Positions 58,201 through 64,000 of a stretch of DNA of 64,000 bases are shown here, piece by piece. Made by a program: the position numbers and the translations under genes. The notes beneath the pieces were generated by a model. That model was given only the letters and a program-made list of their open reading frames with translations. It had not been told where the DNA came from and ran no database searches. The stretch's first letter is position 1; each line of letters starts with the position of its first letter. Where the stretch lies: the IMG/VR virus record IMGVR_UViG_3300025128_007994; one strand, written 5' to 3'. The DNA comes from a virus.

Positions 58201-60537
58201 GGCGCCGGCGGCAGCGATAACTACCTTATCTCTGCTGGGGTTTCTAGTACAAACCAGGCATCTGGCTCAAACAACTATCTTAGCGGCGCCTTCTGGGACT
58301 TACGGGTACCTTTTGAGGCCATTATGAACCCGCTGAAGAGTATTAATAATGTTACGATCCCCGATTGTGAGCCACACCCATCGGTCAGCCTAGGCGCCGT
58401 AACCGAACACCCCGCAGCTAGAGTGCCGTTTACCGCTTCACTTAGCACACGCAATCCAGGCACCCTATACACTTTGATGGCCTCAAACTTCTTTGCTGAA
58501 GTTGGAAAGTTCTTCCTGAAGGACCAAAACTATACCAAGCTACAGTCTAATGGTGTCAATCTATCAACATTTAAATTCAAAGAAGGAGAGGTATACGGCG
58601 CCCGGTTAAGAATGCGTGCTTCAAACTCTGGAAAAAGAACATATCAATTTGAGTCTGGCTCGACAGGTGACAACGAATGGTTCTCCGCTATTGGAGCCCA
58701 GGCATTTTACAGAAACTCTGGCTCTTTGGGTGCAGGCTCCGCGCCTGGTTCTTCCGGGTCATTTGAAATTCCACAAGATCCAGCTATGAACCCAGGATTC
58801 CAACAAAACTTTACGATGTACAGTCGCACAACTGCGTTTGGTCCACCCGTAGCAGGCCGTGAATTTGGCCCTAATAGCAGAAACACCAACACCGGTAATA
58901 CCGATTTGATGGCACTCAGTGCCAGCACAACAGGTACAAAAGATTCCCTTAACGGTTATAACTGGTCATTCACACCTCCGTACTACGACGGTGAATCTTG
59001 GGTTGATTTTGTCTTTAGACCTTCGGCCTCGACCGACTACGATTTGCAAAAAATATTGCAAGAAACCAAAATACTGCAAAGAAGATATGATCCGGGACCA
59101 GAACTTCCAGGTCACCATAAGCACGATGTAGGACACAACAGAAGAACCTTGGTTCTAGATAATTCTAGGTCTGGAATTACATTCTCTTCACAAAACTACA
59201 CTCCTTATGCTGGCGATAACATTAATGATAATGCAATGCAAGTTGATTCTTGTGTGAATTTATACGGTATAGAAAACGTTATCAAACAAAGGACAGACAA
59301 ATTTGGAAACGTGCTGTCAAATGAAAATGAGGTGGTGGCCCAAAGATGGGTTATCCAGCCGAAATTCGAGACACCAATGCTTAACTTCTCCAATACCGGC
59401 CTGCACCCAATTGGCGGCCCTGGTAGTGGCAGTATCGCAGAGACTACGGGCAGTACCCTGACATTGCCACAAAACTTCGGATCTGCCTCAGTACCGCGCG
59501 GCATGTGGCACCAGTTTGGTACAATGCCGACTGATCCGGACATGGGAATATTCATGGAAATTGACGACATCCCTAGAAACTGGCTGCAAACTCATTATGA
59601 AGTTGTGACGGGTAGCTCCATTTACAACAATTATACCCCAGATGACGGCCCCAGCGTATTCAGAAAGATGAAATCTTTCGCGGATCTCATGGGCTTCACA
59701 AACGAAAATTCAAGTGTTCGATTGGGCGAGATTTCGAAGAAGCAAGTGATAAAAGAAGCAGTTGTAGCAGTTCCTTATATATTGGAAGGCCTCGCCGCCG
59801 GCGAAACACAGCCGGACGTTGCCGGCACAAACGCTCAAGGCCGCAAGAAATTCATTAACATACCAAGAAAAAGAATCACCGCAGCCATGAAGACTACGGA
59901 TGGTACAGTCGAAGGTGACTCTTTAGACTCTGCTGGCGCTTCTATAAGAAAACTAGTCGACAGAATGGACGATTATGTGTTGCCACCACAGTTTGACTTC
60001 TTAAATAACGACCGCATCTCCCCAATTGTAATGTATATGTTTGAGTTTGAATATGAGTTGGATGCAGATGATCTATCTTATATCTGGCAAAACTTAGCAC
60101 CGCGCAATTACAAAACAATGCAACTGCAACAAGATTCAACAGCCCACGAGTTAATAAACACTGAGCTTCTAACAGAGAAGAATTTATTGTCTAATCCAAA
60201 CTTGAGATGGATGGTGTTCAAGGTCAAGCAAAGAAGCCAGGCGCGGTACACGGATATGACAGTATCTCAAATTTCCCAAACATCAAGACAGAAAAGCCTT
60301 GCCGATGCACGCGAGTTTGATAAGAAAGAATACCCGCTAAATTATAACTGGCCTTACGACTTTGTTTCGATTGTTGAGTCAATCAAGCTAGATGTAGAGA
60401 TGAAGTTTGACAAATCCACACCAGCCGATTTAAAAACTCGGACTTCAAAAACAACTGGTAAACAAAACCAAACCTTGAATAAGAAATTACGCCGCAAAAA
60501 GGCGCTTAATTTAAATCAAAAGCAAAAAAAGCGTTAA
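49195..60537 (+). CDS. 3780-aa multi-LamG (concanavalin-like) baseplate/tail-fibre protein
   Basis: LamG motifs TIEFW...WKHYAFV...KLYING...GSIDEFRFW and FHHIALV...FYVDG...GAMDQLSFW; S/T/G-rich. Confidence 0.75.
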   Translation: MSIKDLFGRNYLSDNNQKDLTADVESSTNLKAIKVKQDSFLPQVDYENPQTFARYGSANLYYKSAIDRIVDFYPFDGSDADINEFYNQSLDIEKFIFNKKYPRTTGYAIISADGWGTSTKINGYGIPSSLEYITFNGGPNVLNQTQDLKNLVPDPTNSKFQYNNIYDDNLYTNNGYPSDYGDGTRESNLKADFDTGVTIEFWALTGSKPSTIGALTDRQVIFDTWNNNPSSSVDLSYGRIRIELKEGSASESPFLITVQSGTLSGAVEQINTSSIGSGIDGSTLGDWKHYAFVLQNSGSSFNAKLYINGELNDTNTYQNLAATATIVISDSGGIVNGETFTLVDSAGTSTVYTINGGVTAASGGGSGGSATVGFLGVGGGSAGKIAAASAMVTAIDNTTDANYTAVSDGVDTVTITQGTSGTAGNRTNADAITSTTVSNFTSGGGGAIGELSPKGAQGRIGALLTAPSKLAVGGVLPSAYAGAGKLDGSIDEFRFWKTARSAEEIGRYWFDQVRGGTNLDIANTTLGMYYKFNEGITQTSSIDSVVLDYGGRLCNGTWTGYSANSRNTGSAIVSASASEAEYLDPIIYAVHPEVVSLKADLRATGLYHDGQNTGQFLNLIPSWVVEEVEDDGNSDLEQLAHIMGAYFDKMYLQIQALPSFRHTQYTSASQEPLPFAQHLPQSLGLITPEIFVDSKILEKFKNRTETEIFESDLNETKNLIYQNLYNNLTTIFKSKGTLRSIRNVLRCFNIDDNLVYFNAYANNQTYELNNNLKQTQKKRKMLNFNTSSNTTAVMYQAADPTYADSLGYIYNEVTPGEPYKDQQHKHGLTFETSIRFPKFFRTANTMDRNFLSSSLAGMQTVLTGTFAGTGLNRADDTSDLTASQDVANFQVFAIRDESDSKNVRFQLSSSYEPYPFSFELTSSTFLNVYNNQDWNLSVALKPSNYPNSDLVSGSADYTYDVIFRGYNGNLGSIDNSFEVSSSVTKAVGQDIIGTWKRVYAGAQKTNITGALVHPTDVQINSVRYWTQYLDGVSLKQHALDGENFGISGSNRSVSALDTVNVAPYNFNTLALNWYFGTVTGSDSSGEFYSTDLSSGSAFIRDNFGWAGSIAGYVYPGKAHGFPADNENVVKNELVNEFKFVDPEIVIASEMVNILSEDDELFGLFDEVPNYTYVIEKSLYAAVTEEILDYFAGVVDFNSIIGDPVHRYRSEYKPLELLRKVFFERFNNVKSVEKFTEYFRWFDDAIANIIQQVVPASADFVEDMYNTVESHVLERNKYHSKFPTLEFKYPEAAGTTQGVGAFLLTYMTDLYGGVEASPRPTNVHKNYWKKRAQPGAKGVGSYEISSGDATVDAQRKQFRNIMHSKPQISGSQVILSKADGTQYERNHLLFTQFGGLAALKTPTINRTIKGGVNFTDNKNIHYTYTSLYPAGPVNTSGSVFVPENVLFGDLDQGVANIDSKAQWDEEGNVSVKRKRHFGVVQGRDYDGGLGYTHTKNSYAFPFNVMSASISGGVDNLIATQVSSSLTITNLHNDAYGDEMEIPMQSPFTNQTVGGHQSRHINLNAGTDTYKNRGEAWRILLGKCSYRSGAIGMVGPDYPWPEANEVGETPYPMTASNKAVYYRDFIAKRPVNIRNIKSMDTTRDTTVLGNYEQEYHVLHTFGAWENPRNFIVQQPVLPGQLFQNNSTSSTQTRTILDIHRTEESHFQFLSEYSISYLTASTTRTIIDNRFSTVGGPLTDGTGYRDFRGNEYSVYNSINNRYLTVIKPSQGPSGSLSEPTGSGTAGIRVFDIHGKDYGLYSHYARHTARFGRDSLHVTGTSAATNGPGASYDQLPGFHKIHRNNLCFPKLSSVTFTANDDPLNTTNDRAAYWSGTADDTVLIASSSQTAQTFVSGARSNNGLSSTGWIRFTPTSEATDNVWLWSVGRANGGAPMFYMEKGKTGSPGGTGDCELQQNGGTVPDNSGDDYLKFTLSTRSTADPVSTGTRTNIEYRTFLPENSNVDINDGAFHHIALVISGTNGSLANDLSASFYVDGVKCFTCKNGTSGVIQSHFDQYANNYGSTGFFSYNGAAGEEYDFSNTANNPLALPSSLTGAGAPYRGDEFFVIGGDASSIAGVTNPFTGAMDQLSFWTRPITDTDVQELYGSGNPINLLASTTYNYDPSALHMWLPLGEGTNSLDSAQGDALSYTTGDPAFNSSSHAIWDVSGQQNNFYAMNPAHSKADDVMVHFATGAASHDAAGGYNPAVIGGYSLTSGFTEVSTYSSEPLFDNFNIQHQIPRDSRQYAWIKNSVHSTASWWHCGFTPPDYLIRSGSSYIDPINFVSASEAGSAVTPSFTPDRVQFGVRQPEINGSTLVQFLPQVSRLNLNIHDPISASTNTLGYPATVPLGNIDEEQEQYYNIAYGDASSGNTQARVIISDVPFAFNMLMFKRGNQYGYPSWKQVRQQDNPILTNEHKTNKLSTMYLGNVQRNFDLPPVSMKGRPAYVNLDFVNSLSTSAGGRKEQFQNVTLKTSYNNEMIGFNEWQLDNFTKLNYDSEVTPFEQLVAMKDRNNIQLNWLLYSENVFPSTRREFLSSSVTRVGYDNQFWRDTLANRVTGGMGVPNSVGVVSYADWLPDGSHNLFLSKTRFLTQSIFPLDAPFDFETRTGPPRIIGTEATILFSTNMFYTGSSLIGSNSAGELQNTYTFYHFSRPALGGTYVGVEQYDALTIPLCIRNGGLYSRKHMLNSPLSTNSPSSVQMALRAPYLGQTNNGVVLTKDIMAQGIDTNNIALGLHNIETGSGEAKWEAPEQAGYFTSSNGVLSFVSASSKPWYNDYDDFRQDIKTIAKGYAVVPEFRISDQMENYAKVGVLGGENFDTFKIPGTALSSSQDTFYKDYSNSDFLRHFADVKQMSELDAKEIKLTCHAAIKFNPYKGFYPAQRSLDLVSQFSKSFADGLTITTVNTDAKTKADVVGSTQGSFLSQYGYARPVMQPLFAPGILYNSIKSGMAVDYPILTNGYKFRSCHITGAGGSDNYLISAGVSSTNQASGSNNYLSGAFWDLRVPFEAIMNPLKSINNVTIPDCEPHPSVSLGAVTEHPAARVPFTASLSTRNPGTLYTLMASNFFAEVGKFFLKDQNYTKLQSNGVNLSTFKFKEGEVYGARLRMRASNSGKRTYQFESGSTGDNEWFSAIGAQAFYRNSGSLGAGSAPGSSGSFEIPQDPAMNPGFQQNFTMYSRTTAFGPPVAGREFGPNSRNTNTGNTDLMALSASTTGTKDSLNGYNWSFTPPYYDGESWVDFVFRPSASTDYDLQKILQETKILQRRYDPGPELPGHHKHDVGHNRRTLVLDNSRSGITFSSQNYTPYAGDNINDNAMQVDSCVNLYGIENVIKQRTDKFGNVLSNENEVVAQRWVIQPKFETPMLNFSNTGLHPIGGPGSGSIAETTGSTLTLPQNFGSASVPRGMWHQFGTMPTDPDMGIFMEIDDIPRNWLQTHYEVVTGSSIYNNYTPDDGPSVFRKMKSFADLMGFTNENSSVRLGEISKKQVIKEAVVAVPYILEGLAAGETQPDVAGTNAQGRKKFINIPRKRITAAMKTTDGTVEGDSLDSAGASIRKLVDRMDDYVLPPQFDFLNNDRISPIVMYMFEFEYELDADDLSYIWQNLAPRNYKTMQLQQDSTAHELINTELLTEKNLLSNPNLRWMVFKVKQRSQARYTDMTVSQISQTSRQKSLADAREFDKKEYPLNYNWPYDFVSIVESIKLDVEMKFDKSTPADLKTRTSKTTGKQNQTLNKKLRRKKALNLNQKQKKR

Positions 60538-60554
60538 AAGAGTAATTACAACAC

Positions 60555-61637
60555 ATGGCCAAGTTTTTAAATAAAAAAGAAAGAGTTTATGATTTGAAAC
60601 TCACGTCTTATGGCGAGTACCTGATGTCAGTCGGTCGCTATAAACCGCATTACTACGCATTCTTCGATGATAATATTACATATGACAACATGTACAATAA
60701 TATTAGTGAGTCGCAAAACTCTATAAATACAAGAATCAAAGATGAAACATCGTATTTTGAAGGCCTTGTGTTGTTCGAGGACATAAACAGCACACAACAG
60801 ACGTTAATAAGCCAGAACCTTGACGACGTAGTAAAGAGCCAAACAAATGACTTCGGCAATGCCATCGGCGCCGATATGATTTTTAAACAAGCCAAGAACT
60901 ATTATGCTAGCGACGTAACCCCGATCCAATATACTCCCCGAGCCGATATATTTAGGTTTGATCAGGCGATTGGCGATGCTCTGCTAGATAGCAAAGAAAC
61001 GGATAACGCGCCGGCCTGGAAAGTCGTTGTTTTGAATGGTCGTATTGATAGCTCTACCACAAAGCTAGAAGTCAGTCAAGCAGTAACCAGTTCGATACCT
61101 CAAGTAAACATTACGGTTGAGTACAAAAAACAAATCAGATCCAGCAAATACCCAACCAGATTGTCAGACCAAGTCCAGAACAACTCGATTAGAAAAACGC
61201 AGGATAGTACAACGCCCTTTGCTGATGATAACTTTATTATGCTAACTTCTCAAGATCCAATCATATACGTCGATGAAGTCAATACTGAATTATTGACTGA
61301 AAACTTTGACATTGAAATATTTGTAGTAACAGGTTCTAGCTTGGAAAGAAAATATTTTGAAAACAAAGCCCCGCAAATAATCGACGGATTAATGGTCAGA
61401 CCAAACCCGGAAGAGCTTAACCCCGCACAACAATTAAGCAAGACTGCCGTTGAGTATTACTTTGACCTTCGACCAGATGCACAGGCAGATCCAGAAATAG
61501 TTTGCAAACAACTACAAATTTACAACAAATCATCTTATTATATTGATCTAGATATTGACTGCGATACTGACGATAGAACAGATGTATATAATGATATTTA
61601 CGGAAGCGAGGTACAACCAGAAATATGTCTAGATTAG
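60555..61637 (+). CDS. Putative virion structural protein
   Basis: 360-aa ORF (FLNKKERVYDLKLTSYG...YYAFFDDNITYD) in the structural cluster. Confidence 0.55.
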   Translation: MAKFLNKKERVYDLKLTSYGEYLMSVGRYKPHYYAFFDDNITYDNMYNNISESQNSINTRIKDETSYFEGLVLFEDINSTQQTLISQNLDDVVKSQTNDFGNAIGADMIFKQAKNYYASDVTPIQYTPRADIFRFDQAIGDALLDSKETDNAPAWKVVVLNGRIDSSTTKLEVSQAVTSSIPQVNITVEYKKQIRSSKYPTRLSDQVQNNSIRKTQDSTTPFADDNFIMLTSQDPIIYVDEVNTELLTENFDIEIFVVTGSSLERKYFENKAPQIIDGLMVRPNPEELNPAQQLSKTAVEYYFDLRPDAQADPEIVCKQLQIYNKSSYYIDLDIDCDTDDRTDVYNDIYGSEVQPEICLD

Positions 61638-64000
61638 TAAAAGGTGCCGATTTAATTAATCAATTCGGCCGAAACTTGCCAACGCCTGTGATTGATACTC
61701 TTCGCTTAAAAAATATGCGCAGCGATGATCCGATATATGAGGAACTCAGTGACTTAAATAGTGCAGTGGGCGCCGGCACCAGCGGCAGGTACCAGGCGGA
61801 CCCAGAAGAATCGGAAACCATAACCCGTATTGATGTTGATATTTCCGTGCTGATGAACACATGGGACGGCTTCAAAGCAGAGGAGTTGTCAAAAGAGTTG
61901 TTCCAGACAGTCACCTCCAACGACGAAACAGATAATGAGAGCTTATATATTAATATATTTGTATCCCGCAATACCTCCACCACCAGTAAACTGAAAAGCT
62001 CACGCTTGAATTTAAAAAATATTTTTACTCCTGCTTCCGATCTCGGCCGAGATTTTCTTACAAACAAAGCCGCGTACGATGCAGAAAATTATCAGTTGCT
62101 CAGCCATTTAAGTGCTCTGACTGGCCTAGGTCAGACAAGTGAATATATTGTTTCTGTTCCGCTGAGTGACTTTTACGACACTGTCCAACTTACTGCAGTT
62201 TTTGATGAGGACAATAATCCAATAATCAAAATGTCTCAAATTTCTGTAACAACTTATATAAAAGAACTTCCAGAGGTAGAAAATTTAACCTATTTTGCAA
62301 CGATATCAAATGGTAACCCAATCATACTGGGTACCAGTATTGAAGGACCTGCAGCCCGCTTGAGTCCCGCGGCCTATGCATTAAACTTTAGTGATGTCTC
62401 TTACGAAGACGTTATGCGTGACGGGAGGATTGCAGCCTATGCTGAGCCTGCTTATATGGACGAGCAAGGTTTGTACTATCCCAACATTCCACTCCGCGGC
62501 CTAAACCTAAAGTATTATAAAACTGAGAACTACAGTCGAAATGATATATTTGCTGCGATTGACTCTTTGCTATCAGAATACAGCCAATACCTATCTACAG
62601 ACGTAGATTTAAAAGATGCAATCGAGGGTATCATGTATATAATGTCTGTGTACGGCGAAGAGCCAGATTTTATAAACCGTTTAAACAGGACCGGTCAAAT
62701 ATTTGCGGTCACTAAAGACGTAACGCGCACAAGTCGTTTATATGAGCGGTATCGCATTCTTGTAAAAAATATTGACGCTCAAGTCCGCTCCCAACCTGAA
62801 GTTGTGATGAGGGTGCTTCGAAACTATAAAATTGTAGATTCCCGGGAATTTGTTGCAGCAGATTTCGATGCAATGTCGCATGTTGGAGGACTGACATCCA
62901 CAGACTTTTTGTACAGCAGAATATTGCACACAAATGTGGCGAATTACGTACCAATAGCAAACCAGTCTTCCGAATACCCGGGCACCGCAGAGCTACCGGT
63001 AACTCCTTCGGAAAGACTTTCTGAATTTAATGAAATGATGAGTGTCTTAAAGAATAACTTACAAGATCTGCTAACAGCAGATCTCTCCTCAACCGAAGGC
63101 CCCCGAGACGGAATGATATCTTATTATCAAGAAGCTGTCGACGCCATCACCGAATGGGTCTTCTTTACTTGGGCAGATCGCTTTGTGGGGGGAGGAAACC
63201 CAGGAGACCAGAGCGCAGGCGCCGGCTTCAACAAGGGGGAATCTGAAAGGTGGGAGGGCATAAGGTTTGTTTATGGCAGCACTGATGGCCCAGACAGGAC
63301 CAGAGTTGGTGATTTTAATTGGTTCACGAACTACCATGCACATTATTTTGGATATACACCCGAGGGCATGAACGCATACGACAAAAGACGCGACGGCTCT
63401 GAGACCGCGGCCGCAATTTTGAGCCAGGCAACCTCCGGCGGCGACGGTATTGGCAGTTACAAAGGCAACACCGCCTACTTAAGTGATTTAAGTGCAGCGA
63501 CCAACAGTCACGAGGAATTCCTCGCAGCTTGGGTATTGTCTAGTCTTGAAGATCAACTAAGAGTGTACGTACCCAGAAGAAGATTTCCAGATGGTGGCTC
63601 TTCGACAAACCCTGAAACAGCGCCCGACTCAGAATACGATGTAGGTACCCGGCCGTCTGACTCTTCTTTCGCCGACGAGTGGACAATCGGGCCCGATGAA
63701 GACGTGGAGATTTCTTATGGAGCCGGTCAAAATGTGAAAGAAGATGCTTTAGACTACGTCGGCTCTATTAAAGCGATTGAGAATCTGGCTACGCTCTTCG
63801 GCTCCGACGCAGAAGGTACCCGACCGGAGATGGAGTCCTTTTTTGTTGGCTCCAGGACCGCCTGGGACGGTGGCCTGTCCTTTATTGATGGATTTGCAAT
63901 AGCGAGACGCAAAATGTCTGTGATTCGAAATCAGGTAAAAATATTGATTCGAGATCTTTTCGGCCTAGACTCAGAGTTAAGACCGGTCGCCAACGCCGGC
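61625..64000 (+). CDS. 3'-truncated large protein (at least 792 aa), probably structural
   Basis: My manual translation from ATG 61625 (MSRLVKGADLINQFGRNLPTPVI...) found no stop before the window end. It is absent from the ORF track, presumably because it has no stop. Confidence 0.8.
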   Translation, partial: MSRLVKGADLINQFGRNLPTPVIDTLRLKNMRSDDPIYEELSDLNSAVGAGTSGRYQADPEESETITRIDVDISVLMNTWDGFKAEELSKELFQTVTSNDETDNESLYINIFVSRNTSTTSKLKSSRLNLKNIFTPASDLGRDFLTNKAAYDAENYQLLSHLSALTGLGQTSEYIVSVPLSDFYDTVQLTAVFDEDNNPIIKMSQISVTTYIKELPEVENLTYFATISNGNPIILGTSIEGPAARLSPAAYALNFSDVSYEDVMRDGRIAAYAEPAYMDEQGLYYPNIPLRGLNLKYYKTENYSRNDIFAAIDSLLSEYSQYLSTDVDLKDAIEGIMYIMSVYGEEPDFINRLNRTGQIFAVTKDVTRTSRLYERYRILVKNIDAQVRSQPEVVMRVLRNYKIVDSREFVAADFDAMSHVGGLTSTDFLYSRILHTNVANYVPIANQSSEYPGTAELPVTPSERLSEFNEMMSVLKNNLQDLLTADLSSTEGPRDGMISYYQEAVDAITEWVFFTWADRFVGGGNPGDQSAGAGFNKGESERWEGIRFVYGSTDGPDRTRVGDFNWFTNYHAHYFGYTPEGMNAYDKRRDGSETAAAILSQATSGGDGIGSYKGNTAYLSDLSAATNSHEEFLAAWVLSSLEDQLRVYVPRRRFPDGGSSTNPETAPDSEYDVGTRPSDSSFADEWTIGPDEDVEISYGAGQNVKEDALDYVGSIKAIENLATLFGSDAEGTRPEMESFFVGSRTAWDGGLSFIDGFAIARRKMSVIRNQVKILIRDLFGLDSELRPVANAG

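Noticed and set aside
38733-60537. Inteins or group I/II introns in the very long ORFs
   Set aside because: No Hint-type C/S...HN-C/S/T junctions, LAGLIDADG motifs or frame breaks were noticed by eye; an HMM search would be needed to exclude them fully.

Overview
This 64 kb window looks like part of a very large tailed bacteriophage (jumbo/huge phage, T4-like myovirus baseplate) genome, probably aquatic. Essentially every credible gene is on the + strand and the standard genetic code reads cleanly. It has four blocks. (1) 1-13.2 kb, accessory and host-takeover genes: two HxGH nucleotidyltransferases, a Fis-like HTH protein, a lipoprotein thioredoxin, tmRNA (tag ANNNNHFESVRLAA), two different tRNA-Asn(GTT), tRNA-Gly(GCC), a eukaryote-type phosphomannomutase, HNH, UvsE, PIN-PhoH, a 2OG-Fe(II) oxygenase, an HExxH protein and a PD-(D/E)XK nuclease, several behind near-perfect sigma70 promoters. 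(2) 13.2-34.6 kb, a tightly packed 21-gene glycan biosynthesis island with up to nine transferases. It includes a ThDP enzyme/PanB-like/RfbH/RfbB module (candidate 4-C-branched 3,6-dideoxy sugar), a GT29/CMP-synthetase-cupin/MAF/SDR/AroB-related cyclase/class III aminotransferase/SIS module with no NeuB, and Gmd/Fcl. (3) 34.6-36.6 kb, small genes and a gp55-like sigma factor. (4) 36.5-64 kb, baseplate/tail genes, including a 2214-aa protein, gp25-like and gp6-like proteins, and a 3780-aa multi-LamG protein. The two uncharacterised sugar-building modules in the glycan island are the best candidates for a new system. All family assignments come from motifs read by eye; no database searches were run.
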